From Malacoraja senta (lineage: Eukaryota), in assembly GCA_038087875.1 (NCBI GenBank), contig CM075995.1, forward strand, positions 4,280,001 through 4,344,000: a stretch of DNA of 64,000 nt. The letters run 5' to 3'. Below, piece by piece: positions 13,190-26,408 of this stretch (positions are counted from its first letter, which is position 1; each line of letters opens with the position of its first letter). A program made the position numbers and the translations under genes. The notes beneath the pieces were generated by a model, which saw only the letters and a list, made by a program, of their open reading frames with translations, made no database searches and was not told where the DNA came from.

Positions 13190-13465
13190 CGGGAGGGAGC
13201 CGCTGGAGGTGTCGGACGTGAGGAGCAAGGGCCGGTAGGAGGGTGAACTTCAACGCCTTCAAGTTCGGCTGCAGTAGGTGCCACCGGGACACCAAGATGG
13301 CCGGGCGAGGAGAGGGACGAGGTTTGTGGGCCGATCCATTCGAAGGCGATGGAGGAAGGACCTGCAGGTGTCTGGGGCTTACCTGGATCGGGAAGTGCTC
13401 CAGTAGACCGAGCAAAAACAAATTTCACTGTGCAGTCCCACATGTGATAAATAAAGCACCATTGA
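13190..13465 (+). mobile_element. GC-rich SINE-like repeat with a Rex1-like tail; a related copy is on the minus strand at ~59985-60180 plus 61221-61400
   Basis: Shared blocks (ccagg.aagccccag; cagccga.cttga.ggcg; ttcactgtg...tgtga.aa...caccattga) between the two loci. Confidence 0.55.
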
Positions 13466-16222
13466 CGTTTGTCGGACAGATGGAACTCTGTCAAATGGCC
13501 TAAGCATTCGACTGGACATAAGTTCAAGAGCTGTTTGGAATGGAATGAATCGTGGAAAAATGGAATTTACGTGGTGGCTATTTGCATACCTAAGGTATGC
13601 AAATAGCCGCCACATAAAGGGTGTTGACAAAGTTACAAACTTTAAGCATCGTGCACAAGCACAAAGAGCACAATTGGGTACGAGGTCAACCAAAGACACA
13701 GGGGGGGGGGGGGGAGCTTGATCAGCAAGGCTTCCACTGGATCGTGCAGTTCGCGTCTTGGTTAGACTGACACAACGTATACAAATTAATCGTGACGCGA
13801 TCGTTAAGTTTCACAGTTCCTGCTTCAGTTCTTAAATACAGGTCCATCACCTATTCTCCAGCAACTGAGTGGCACGGTGGCACAACGGTAGAGTTGCTGC
13901 CTTACAGCGCTTGCAGCGCCAGACACCCGGGTTCTCTGTACGGAGTTTGTACGTTCTCCCCGTGACCACGTGGGTTTTCTCTGAGAACTTTGGTTTCCTC
14001 CCACACTCCAAAGACGTACAGGTTTGTAGGATAATTGGCTTGGGTTTATATACTTGGTATAAGTGTAAATTGTCCCTGGTATGTGTAGGATAGTGTTAAT
14101 GTGCGGGAAGCGCTGGTCGGCGTGGACCCGGTGGGCCGAAGGGCCTGTTTTTGCACTGTGTCTCTCAACTAAACTGGTGGGAAGTTTTTTTGCTATTTGA
14201 TTATAACAATATCAGCAGCTACCCTGTTGACAGAGCAATCAGCAATGCTTTGCTGTAAGATGCATCCCACATAGATCATTCATTTATTCATCATCGTTGA
14301 AAACATTAGCGCCGCAGTGGTGCTGGTTTCCAACGGCAATGGTGACGGACGCACCACACATCTCTGTCCTCCAGTTCCTGCAGACTTCCGCCGCTGGAAG
14401 TATAGGATTATGGTGTATGTGCTTTATCATTGTTCCTTACAATGCTATGTACGACAGTGATCGCAACTTCTACTGAAGTGTGGATGGCCGTTGGCTCGCT
14501 AGAAGCTCATCCGCCCTTTGACAGGTTTGTTTTTGGTCCTGCTGGGGGTCCACAGCCCCTCCTCACCTGGCAAACCAGGTGGGGAAGACGGTTTAGTCGC
14601 CGACTATCCGACCATGGAGCAGGTAGCACAGGATTACATGGTACCCGTGGCGGGCGGGAACTCCCCTGACCTGACCCACATAGAAATGAAGGCAGGACAC
14701 TATTTGAAGCATTAAGCTGAGCTCAATGACGTCCAGCAGTCCGTATGGAACCTCAACATTGGACAGAGGGACATGTCACGATTAACAAGGTAGTGCTTGT
14801 GACTGAAATCATAGTACGAATACAGCACAGAGGCCATTCACCCGATCATGTCCACGCCAGCTCTCAACCTGGGCAAAGCTCTAAATCCACCCACAGCTCT
14901 TTCTCCACAGCCCTGCATATTTTTCTTCTCCATTTATTTGTCCAGTTGCCTCTTGAACGCTATGATGGAACCTGCCTCTGCCACATATGCAGACAGTTCA
15001 TTCCAGATTCCAACCACACGCTGCACTCCTTTTCCTCCGCTTAGTTTGCACAATTCTATTCCCTTTTTTTTTCCTGCGACCTCTGATCTTCGACCACCTC
15101 ACCAATGGGAACACCCTCCCACTATCCACCCTGTCAAGATTCCTCATTAGTCTATACGCTTCCGTCAAATCTCCCAGTGGCCGGTTCCAAAGGAAAGATA
15201 CAGCCTGTCTCATCTATCCTTATAACGGCTGTTCCTTTACTTTATCTTCCCTCCTTTCTCACCAACATGCATCGCCTCACATCTCTCCACATTATAAACA
15301 TCATCAGAAGATCATAAGTGACAGGAGTAGAATTAGGTCATTCGGCCCATCAAGTCTACTCTGCCATTCAATCATGGCTGATCTATCTCTCCCTCCTAAC
15401 CCCATTCTCCTGCCTTCTCCCCATAACCTCTGACACCCGTACTAATCAAGAATATATCTATCTCTGCCTTAAAAATATCCACAGACTTTGCCTCCACAGC
15501 CTTCTATGGCAAAGATTTCCACAGATTCACCACCCTCTGACTAAAGAAATTCCTCCTCATCTGCTTCCCAAACGAATGCCCTTTAATTCGGAGGCTATGA
15601 CCTCTAGTTCCTAGACTCTCCCACTAGTGGAAACATTCTCTCCACATCCAATCAGTTCAAGTGATTGTAATAACGTGCCCACAAGGTGGTTCATACTTTT
15701 AGGTGCTCATTAAATACCTATATCTATGGTATGTACTGTGAGCATTTTAAATAAACATAAGCAGCAATCTTTGTGGCACAGTGGCGTAACGCTAGAGTTG
15801 CTGCCTTACAGCGCCAGAGACTCAGGGTTCGATCGTGACCACGGGTGCTGTCTGCATGGAGTTTGTACGTTCTCCCTGTGACCGCGTGGGTTTTCTCTGG
15901 GTGCTCTGGTTTCCTCCCACACTCCGAAGAAACATAGAAACATAGAAGAATAGGTGCAGGAGTAGGCCATTCGGCCCTTCGAGTCAGGACTGCCATTCAA
16001 TATGATCATGGCTAATCATCTAAACTCAGTACCCCGTTCCTGCTTTTTCCCATATCCTTTAGCCCGAAGATCTAAATATAACTCTCTTTTGAAAACATCC
16101 AGTGAATTGGCCTCCACTGCCTGCTGTAGCAGAGAATTCCCCAGATTAACAACTCTCTGGGTGAAGAAGTTTTTCCTCATCTCAGTCCTAAATGGCCTAC
16201 CCCTTATTCTTAAACTGTGACC

Positions 16223-16422
16223 NNNNNNNNNNNNNNNNNNNNNNNNNNNNNNNNNNNNNNNNNNNNNNNNNNNNNNNNNNNNNNNNNNNNNNNNNNNNNN
16301 NNNNNNNNNNNNNNNNNNNNNNNNNNNNNNNNNNNNNNNNNNNNNNNNNNNNNNNNNNNNNNNNNNNNNNNNNNNNNNNNNNNNNNNNNNNNNNNNNNNN
16401 NNNNNNNNNNNNNNNNNNNNNN
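16223..16422. other. Assembly gap (200 N)
   Basis: Run of 200 N flanked by CR1 fragments in opposite orientations. Confidence 0.99.
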
Positions 16423-17870
16423 GTTTCCACCAGTGGGATAGTCTTGGACCAGAGGTCATAGCCACAGAATTAAAGGGTATTCCTTTAGGAAGGAGATGAG
16501 AAGGAATTTCTTTAGTCAGACGGTGGTAAATCTGTGGAATTCATTGCCACCGAAGGCTGGGGAAGCCAAGTCCGTGGATATTTTTAAAGTAGAGATAGAT
16601 TCTTGATTAGTTTGGGTGTCAGGAGTTACGGGGAGAAGGCAGGAGAATGGGGTTAGGAGGGAGAGTTAGATCAGCCATGATTGAATGGTGGAGAATGGGC
16701 CAAGTGGCCTAATTCTGTTTCTATCACATGAACTTATTCACTTGTGGTCCCAGAATGTAGTATTGGGAGAATCATGCTTAAAGCAACCAAATCAAAAGTT
16801 ATGAGCACGGTGGCGCAGCGGTATGGTTGCTGCCTTACAACGCTGGAGACCCAGGTTCGATCCCGACTACGGGCGCTGTCTGGACGGAGTTTGTACGTTC
16901 TCCCCGTGACCTGCGTGGATTTTCTCTGGGTGCTTCGGTTTCTTCCCACACTCCAAAGACTTGCAGGTTTGTTGGTTAATTGGCTTGGTATAAGTGTAAA
17001 TTGTCCCTAGTGTGCAGGATAGTGTTCGTGTGCGAGGATCGCTGGTCGGTGCAGACTCGGTGGGCCGTAGGGCCTGTTTCCGCGCTGTATCGCTAAACTA
17101 AACTGAAACTGAGCACAACAGTGAACCTGGAACAGAGAATAAGCTTTGTAATAGTACTTTGTACAGCTACCGTAGCAGTGCCTGTGAATTGACACACAAA
17201 TTGTCTTTGATGTTTCAACTCTCCACTTGAATAAATGGTATACATGTGTGAAAACGCACACCTCCAGATTCAGGGACAATTTCTTTGCAGCTATTATCAG
17301 GTGACTGAATCATCCTACTAAATAAAACCAGAGAGCAGTCCTGAACTACTATCTACCTCCTTGGTGACCTTCAGACTATCCTTGATCGGACTTTGCTGGC
17401 TTAAACCTGCACTAAACGTTATTCCCTTATCGTGCATCCACACACTGTAAGTGGCTCGATTGCAATCATGTATTGTCTTCCTGCTGACTGGATAGCACGC
17501 AGCAAAAACTTATCACTGTACCTTGGTCCACGTGACAATAAACTAAACTGACTCAGACACTGAATAGTCTCCACGCAACCATGTCTGGTGCTGAACAAAG
17601 ACCTCTGTTACATGCTGAACACAATCCGCACTGATGCACACCTCTATCGGTGGCCGTTGTTTAATGAGAATGCCTCTCAAAGCTTGAATTTTTCTGAAAG
17701 TGAAGGGTGTGGGGAAGGGTGACGGAATTAAAAATCTGTTGCAAAATTCAAAAGAAAATGATTGTGCATTTCAGCAATGAAACCTCATCCTACCTCCCCC
17801 TCCCCCACTCCATTAATCATGAAAATAAGTCATTTTTGACAGGTTTAACCTTATTTTCACATACCTTGGA

Positions 17871-17916
17871 AGTTCAGCTTGCCGACAGAGCATAGTTCAG
17901 CTTGCCGACAGAGCAT
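17871..17916. repeat. Perfect 23-bp tandem duplication
   Basis: agttcagcttgccgacagagcat occurs twice in tandem. Confidence 0.9.
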
Positions 17917-20900
17917 CATTTACTTCAGTTATATTTATAACAGCACCACGCAAGTGTAGGCATTACAAATCCCCTGCCATCTGCCTGAGTTATGTTTTCA
18001 ATCCCACAATTATTTACAAAAATGGGGTGGGCTATTTTATGCTCAAATTTATTGAAGGCACATTAGTTCCTTCAGCGGTTGCTCTTAATTAATACTGCAA
18101 ATTGCCCGTCACTTGAAGCGGCTGGGACAATAAAAGTGGTAAGTTGGGAGGCATGCGAGAGGAATAATTGCAGTTCTACGGGAAACAAGACAATGGGGAA
18201 CTCGGAGTTGGGCAGCGGGGAATGAGGCTGGAAGGATTGCTCTGCTGGGAGCCAGCATAGACTTGATGGACCCAATGGCCTCTTTCTGCGGCATGTGTAT
18301 TTATACTATACGAAGCCAATCAACCAACAAGCCTGCAAGTCTTTGGAGTGTGGGAGGAAACCGAAGCACCCAGAGAAAACCCACGCAGGTCAACGGGGAG
18401 AACGTTCAAACTCCGTACAGACATGTGTATTTATGTTATACGTTATGAATCACCTAACAAAGAGCTAACAATGGCCTGTTTCCTTTATCATTGTTACTTT
18501 TTTGCATATCTTTATTCATTTGTTCTACCTCTACATCACCGTCTATACCTCTCGTTTCCCTTTCCCCTGACCAGTCTGAAGAAGGGTCCTTGACCTGAAA
18601 CGTCACCCATTCCTTCTCTCCAGAGATGCTGCCTGTCCCGCTGAGTTACTCCCAGCATTTTGTGTCTATCTTTTATTTATGTTACGGATTAGTTTAGAGA
18701 TACAGCACGGAAACAGGTCTTTCGGCCCACCGAGCCCATGGCGACTATCGATCCCTGCACATTAACACTATCCTACACTCACTAGGGACAATTGTACATT
18801 TATACCAAGCCAATTAACCTACAAACATGTATGTTTTTGGAGTGTGGGAGGAAACCGAAGATCTCGGAGGAAACCCACACAAGTCACGGCAGAACGTACA
18901 AACTCCGTACAGACAAGCACCCGTAGTCAGGATCAAACCCAGGTCTCTGGTGCTGTAAGGCTCTACCACTGCACCACCGTGCACCCTATTTATACAAATA
19001 GATGGTCTGTAAGCATGAGATGGGTGAGAAAACATTGATGGATTGAATATATGCTGCTGCAAGCAGTATATTCCCCAATAAAGTAACCACACAACAACAT
19101 ATCTTTTAAAAATACAATTGAAAAATAAGATGAGAGGCCTCCAACTCAATCATCTGTTAATTAAAGCAAGTTTAGCACTTAATTCACAGGAGAGAGTTTT
19201 TGAATCTCACTATCAGTGTGCAGCAGTGGAGTGCCTGCCTACTGTAGTAGGATAGTGTTAGTGTGTGGGGATCATTGGTCCGCGTGGGCTCAGCGGGCCG
19301 AAGGGCCAGTTTCTGCGCCGTGTCTCTAAAGCTAAAACAAAAACTAAAAACTATTCACTGCGTCTTCAGTCATAGGACAATCTGTAACAATGCTCAGGGT
19401 TAAACCTGCCCAGCCCACTTAGCACCTTCCATTCTTTGTAGGTAGGAGGCCATAAATAGCCTTGCCAATTTCCCATCATTAATCACGCTCCCAACACAAA
19501 GCGTCGCCCCTTTGTTGCAATCTTCCAGGGTTTGAGTGATTCATTGACCAGACCTGAAGCCTTCTTTCAAGGGGCAAGCTGACCAGACCAAACTGGCTTT
19601 AGACTAATGCCTACCTTCCTGAAATCAGCAGCACTCATCACATAAATACCCCGTCCTTTGCAATAAGAACCCTTCCATTGTGGGGAGTATATTAGTTTTT
19701 AATATCCACAATTTCTACACAGTTCCAAATTAACTTTTTTAGACTGTGTCTTTGGTTGCACAGACCTTGCTTGGAGTTGTTTTGCACTATTACTACAGTT
19801 AGTTAATATGTTGGATAGTTTTTCTTATTTTGTTTAATCTATGTGTATTATGTTAAGAATTTCATTGTTCGATCTGGGACATGACAATAAAACACTCTTG
19901 ACTCTCTCTTGTTAAGCTGCTGCAAGTAAGAATTTCATTATCCGTTGTTGGTTCATCTTGGCAACTAAACACTTTTTGAATCTCTCTTGACCCTTGATAT
20001 GGTGTAATCTTTTTCCAATTACTCTCCCGTTTTAATGAGCTGCACTTTCTCCCCACTAATACAGTAACACTTGCAAATTTGAACATATTATTTTGACTCC
20101 AAAACAGAAATTGAAATAAACAACCGCAGATTCTTTAAATTTAGAAGCGGAATTATTTTAAATATTCAGCAGGTCTTTCTGTGGAGTAAATGTTTTTGGT
20201 TATAGACCCTTTATCACAATTCATATCATTGCGGGTCATTGATCTGAACATTAACTCTGTTTTTCTCCCCACAGATGTGGCCTGATTTTTTCAAAGTGAT
20301 TTACACTTTAGAGATACATCACAGAATCAGGCCCTTTGGCCCACTGAATCCGTGCCAACCAAGATCACCCTATATACTAACACTATCGTACACATTAGGG
20401 ACAACTTACAATTTTTATCAAAGCAAATTAACCTACAAACCCGCAATGGTTTAGTTAGAAACCAGATTATTTAAATAGTTACATGGAGGTGAGGCAAACC
20501 ACAGGGAATTCTAGGCTGTCCACTCTGCAATACATGAATTTTGTTCTGCTTGATCAATTTGGTTCTTTTTACCAGTAAATTGTGTAAGACATGGAAACAC
20601 AGAAAATAGGTGCAGGAGTCGGCCACTCGGCCCTTCGAGCCAGCACCGCCATTCAATATGATCATGGCTGATCATCTAAAATCAGTATCCCATTTCCTGC
20701 TTTCTCCCCATATCCTTGATTCTGTTAGCCCTAAGAGCTAAATCAACTGAATTGTGCTTTCATCAGTAGTAGCAGGGCTGGAAACTCAGAGGAGAATCAC
20801 TCATAGTCATAAAGAGACACAACACTGAAACAGGCCTTTCAGCCCACTATGTGTGTGCCAACCAACCATGTTTACACTAACCCGACTCTAACTCATCTAT

Positions 20901-22724
20901 TGTTCAACATTTTCATCAATATCATTCCCCCCCAACCACTCCCTCGAGCCCTCAAATTCAATCATTTAACCAACACCACGGTTAAGTGTCCAATTAATTT
21001 ACAAATCTAGTTTGTGCGTATGTGGCAGTAACCTAGAGCACCTGGAGGAAACCCAGGCAGTCACTGGGAGAACATGCACACACCACATAGGCAGTACCAG
21101 ACATCATGATCGAATGCAGTTACTGGATCGGTGAGGCAAGCAGTTCTACCGCTCAGTTTAGTTTAGTTTAGTTTAGAGATACAGCGCACAAATAGGCCAT
21201 TCCGCCCACCGGGTCCGCGCCGATCAGCGATCCCCGCACACTAACACTATCCCACACACTAGGGACAATTTTACATTTATCAAGCCAATTGACCTACAAA
21301 CCTGTACGTCTTTGGAGCGTGTGAGGAAACCGAAGATCTCGGAGAAAACCACGCGGGTCACAGGGAGAACGTGCAAACTCCGTACAGGCAGCACCCGTAA
21401 TCAGGATCGAACCCGGGTTTCTGGCACTGTAAGGCAGCTACTCTACCGCTGCGCCACCGTGCCACCCTCAGCAAAGGGCTCTGATGCCACACAATAAATG
21501 ACCGCATCTGCACCATCTTCGCCCATTCAATCATGGCTGATCTATCTCTCGCTCCTAACCCCATTCTCCTGCCTTATCCCCATAACCTCTGACACCCGCA
21601 CTAATATAGAATCTATCTTTCTCTGCCTTAAATATATCCACAGCCGCTTGTGGCAAAGAATCCCACAGATTCTTTGAATCTGAAGAAGGGTTTCGGCCCG
21701 AAACGTTGCCTATTTCCTTCGCTCCATAGGTGCTGCCGCACCCCGCTGAGTTTCTCCAGCACTTTTGTCCACAGATTCACCACCCTCTGACTAAAGAGAT
21801 TCCTTCTCATCTCCTTCCTAAAAGAACGTCCTTCAATTATGAGGCTATGACCTCTAGTCCTAGACTCTCCCACTAGTGCAAACATCCTCTCCAAATCCAC
21901 TCTATCCAAGCCTTTCACTATTCTGTAAGTTTCAATGAGGTCTCCCCTCGTTCTTCTAAACTCCAGCAAGTACAGGCCCAGTGCCGACAAATGGTCATCA
22001 TAGGTTAACCTACTCATTCCTGGGATCATTCTCGTAACACTAGTGGAAACATCCTCTCCACATCCACTCTATCCAAGCCTTTCACTATTCGGTACATTCT
22101 TACCCTTCACTAAGCTCACTAACTAAATGTTAGCAGTTACCATGGTTATTATCACATGCATCTTGGTGACAAATGTTCAAGCAAGCACGGGCTAATAATA
22201 ATGGCACCTCTCAGTCAAATAGTTCTCGTGACATTGACGATGACAGACAAAGCTATGCATAATTAAAGCTATGCAGATTTATGAAATCTGTCCTCACATA
22301 GCAACAGCGCAGCTGAACAACACTGATACATCTAAGAAGCTCAGGACTAGATGAGAAATTTTAAATTCCTTTGCCGAATTATATTTTGAAAGATACGAAT
22401 ACTGTATTTCTGCAACGTGGTGTGGAGCAATATTGAACATGGATGATGAAAACTGAGCAGGTGGATCGCAAAACCATTAGCAAAATGGTTCAATGATTCA
22501 ATGCTGCCTTTATGTGCAGTGGAAACGCACAGTGAATTTATTTTCTTACAAACTGTCCAGTCGAGTAGTCATGGTGGCGTCGCAGCAGAGCTACTGCCTT
22601 ACGGTGCCAGAGGCCCGGGTTCGATCCCGACTACGGGTATGGTCTGTACGGAGTTTGTACGCTCTCCCCGTGACCTACGTTGGTTTTCGCCGAGATCTTC
22701 AGTTTCCTCCCACACTCCTATTCT

Positions 22725-23275
22725 TTTCCTCCAAAGATGCTACCTGACCAACTGAGTTACTCCAGCATTTTGTGTCTATCTTCTGTATAAACCAGCATCT
22801 GCAGTTCCTACCTATACAAAGGAAATTTGTACCTGGGAGGGGGTGGGAAGGGTGGGAAGGGACGAGTCGACCAGGGAGTTGCGGAGGGAACGGTCTCTGC
22901 GGAAAGCAGAAAGGAGTAGAGATGGGAAGATGCGGCCAGTAGTGGGATCCAGTCTGAGGTGGCGGAAATGTCAAAGGATTTTGTGTTGATGGGGTGAAGG
23001 TGAGGAAAAGGGGGACTGTCCTTGTTAGTAATGGGGGGAGGGCGAGCAAGAGCTGAGCTGCGGGATATCGAGGAGACCCTAGTGAGAGCCTCATCTATAA
23101 TGGAAGAGGGGAACCCCCATTCCCTTAAGAATGAGGACATCTCCAATGGTCCATCGTTAGCTGGGGACGAGGTGATAACAACGGAATACAAATGGTGAAA
23201 GTAACAAGAGGTCTAGGGTGGGGGAGCGACGGAGAGAGAGAGAATGCAAGGGTTACTTGAAGTTGGAGAAATCTA
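22725..23275 (-). mobile_element. Rearranged Penelope-like fragments
   Basis: Minus-strand EMSSFLREWGFPSSIIDEALTRVSSISRSSAL and sequence homologous to 6490-6645. Confidence 0.75.
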
Positions 23276-23440
23276 ATGCAATAATATCAATTATAATAAT
23301 GTATATTTATATTAATTTTATTATACATATTATATTATATATGATTTATATATATAAATATATAATATAATCATATATATAATTATATGATGTTATAAAT
23401 AATTATATAATTATGATAAATTATAATAATATAATAAACG
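23275..23440. repeat. AT-rich low-complexity tract
   Basis: Almost pure A/T with tat/taa repeats. Confidence 0.9.
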
Positions 23441-25729
23441 GAGAAGTTCTGAGGAACAAGTCTAGAACCCAGCAATTAGCAGTCTGGCACGCATTGAAAT
23501 GGGGAACTCTGGGATGGGATATGAGTGTACAAAGAAGGGAAAAAGAGCAAAGTAACTATTGCGGTTTATTCACGGAGCAGAGAGAATCAACACAATAAAC
23601 TAATCTGAAGAAGGTTCTCGACCCGAAACATCACCCATCCCTCCTCTCCAGAGTTGCTGCCTGTCCCGCTGAGTTACTCCATAATTTTGTGTCTATCGTA
23701 TCATAAGATCTTAAGTGATAGGAGCAGAAATAGGCCATTCGGCCCATTGTCTACCGGCCATTCAATCACGGCTGATCTACCCCACCCTCCTAACCCCATT
23801 CTCCGGCCTTCTCCCCATAACCTCTGACACCCGTACGAATCACAGATAGGTACTTTACACCTATCTTCGGTGTAAACCAGCATCTGTAGTTCCTTTCAGC
23901 ACAATAAACTAATCTGAAAATAGACACAAAAAGCTGGAGGACAGGCAGCATCTCTGGAGAGAAGGAATGGGTGACGTTTCGGGTCGAGACCCTTCCTCAG
24001 AATGGTTAGGGATAAGGAAATGAGAGATATAGACAATGATGTAGAGAGATAAAGTAGAGAAGGGGAGCAGCGAGAGAGGATGTTGCACAACTCTCGTCGG
24101 AGAGAGGAGGAGAGTTGTGAATCCATGGAATTCTCTGCCACGGAAGACAGTGGAGGCCAATTCACTGGATGTTTTCAAGAGAGAGTCGGATAGAGCTCTT
24201 AGGGCCAAAGGAATCAAGGGACATGGGAAAAAAGCAGGAACAGGGTGCTGATTCTGGATGATCAGCCATGATCACATTGAATGGTGTTGCTGGCTCGAAG
24301 GGCGAATGGCATACCCCTGCACTTATTTTCTATGTTGCTATGTTTCTATGAGAACTTCTTCAAACTAATCTGAATCTGATCTGAATGGGCAAGGTGCTAC
24401 AGAGTTAGATTGGCCATGTCCCGGACACACTGCCATATCTGCCTGTACTTCAGCACCACAAATGCAAACAACCTCAGACGTTAATTGAAAGGACATTTCC
24501 AGGGAATAGCAAAGCAACACACCCACCACCCGCACTGGGATCGCCTGCAACTCAGCAGTGAGATCAGAAGGGTGTGATCCAAGGGAGGATCGCCTGACTA
24601 GATTGACGATTGCCAAGACTCAGCAGTTTTTGTACGTCGAGTTAAAAAGGAAAAAGAAAATTTCCCTGAAAATTAAATATTCAGTCAAGGAAAGAAAGCT
24701 GAATGTTTAGGTTCAATCAGGACATTTTAAACTCCGGTCAATCATTATCCCACTCGCATTCCCAACAGCCCGCAGAGAAGCAATTAATGACAAAAGGACA
24801 CACAAAGTGCTGGAGCAACTCAGCGCGTCAGGCAGCAACCCTTGAGAACACAGATAGGTGACGTTTCAGGTCGGGACCCTTCTTCAGACGAGAAGCGATC
24901 AATGTGGCGTCCACTAAATACAGCAGGTTCTCACTGCCATCTACTGTCAAAATCCTTGAACTACAGGATTTGAAGGAGGTCATAATAAGTAGAATAGCAG
25001 ATGCTGGCTTACACAGAAACATAGAAACATAGAAACATAGAAATTAGGTGCAGGAGTAGGCCATTCGGCCCTTCGAGCCTGCACCGCCATTCAATATGAT
25101 CATGGCTGATCATCCAACTCAGTCTCCCGTACCTGCCTTCTCTCCATACCCTCTGATCCCTTTAGCCACAAGGGCCACATCTAACTCCCTCTTAAATATA
25201 GCCAATGAACTGGCCTCGACTACCCTCTGTGGCAGAGAGTTGCAGAGATTCACCACTCTCTGTGTGAAAAAGGTTCTTCTCATCTCGGTTTTAAAGGATT
25301 TCCCCCCTTATCCTTAAGCTGTGACCCCTTGTCCTGGACTTCCCCAATATCGGAGCAATCTTCTGCATCTAGCCTGTCCAACCCCTTAAGAATTTTGTAA
25401 GTTTCTATAAGATCCCCTCTCCATCTCCTAAATTCTAGAGAGTACAAGCCAAGTCTATCCAGTCTTTCTTCCTATGAAAGTCCTGACATCCCAGGAATCA
25501 GTCTGGTGAACCTTCTCTGTACTCCCTCTATGGCTTAATGTCCTTCCTCAGATTTGGAGACCAAAACTGTACGCAATACTCCAGGTGAAGGACACAGAGT
25601 GCTGGTGTAACTCAGCAGGTCAAGCAGCAGCACTGGAGAACATGGATAAGTGACGATTGGGGTCAGGACCCTTCTTCAGACAACTTTGTCAGGACAGCAC
25701 AGTGGCACAGCGGTAGAGTTGCTGCCTTA

Positions 25730-26408
25730 AAGGCTGTCTCACGAGTCTGCGGTCATTGGCGGAGAAACAGGAAGAATCTACCGCTCCTGGGCGCCATAGA
25801 CCGCGCACTCGGTCAAACGCCACCGCCGGGGCCGTGCGGCGTTGTTCCCACGGTGCTAAAATAAAACCAACACTGTTCAAAAATATGTTCCTACCGCACA
25901 GCTGCCGCCAGTGAGGCACGAGTGCGGCACGGCCGCCGCCACAGCCGCCGCCAGTGAGGCACGAGCACCGTGCGTCGAACTTGCACCGTCACAGCCGCCG
26001 CTTGTGAGGCGCGTGTGCGGCACGGCCGCCGCCGCTAGTGAGGCACGACCGCCGCCAGTGAGGCACGTGTGCGGCACGGCCGCCGCCACAGCCACCGCCA
26101 GTGAGGCACGACCGCCGCCAGTGAGGCGCGTGTGCGGCACGGCCACCGCCACAGCCACCGCCAGTGAGGCACGGCCGCCGCCACAGCCACCGCCAGTGAG
26201 GCACGACCGCCGCCAGTGAGGCGCGTGTGCGGCACTGCTGCAGCCACAGCCCCGCGATCTGAAAGCCGAAACAGCAAGCTCGTGGAACCGGCCGTACTTA
26301 GCCCCCCGCGCAGCATCTGTGCGGCGCTCTCGTGGTTGCCGTGCGGTCCCCTCTTCCGGCGATGCCGCGCTTCACCGCCAACGACCGCAATCCCGTGGGA
26401 CAGAGCCT
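25730..26408. mobile_element. Harbinger-type MITE with an internal GC-rich tandem array, inserted in a SINE
   Basis: Termini aggctgtctcacg and cgtgggacagagcct; TTA duplicated; splits the SINE sequence gttgctgcctta|cagcgccagag. Array of gccgccagtgaggcacg variants at 25903-26250. Confidence 0.75.

Noticed and set aside
14460..14670. GC-rich structured segment resembling an RTE-type 5' UTR, with a tcctcac loop suggesting an HDV-like ribozyme
   Set aside because: The P3 and P1 pairings of the nested pseudoknot could not be built by eye, and the element identity is not supportable without a database search.
16016..16465. ORFs containing runs of X (also 45658-46123)
   Set aside because: They span N gaps. 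The real distance and any opposite repeat orientation across a gap cannot be interpreted.
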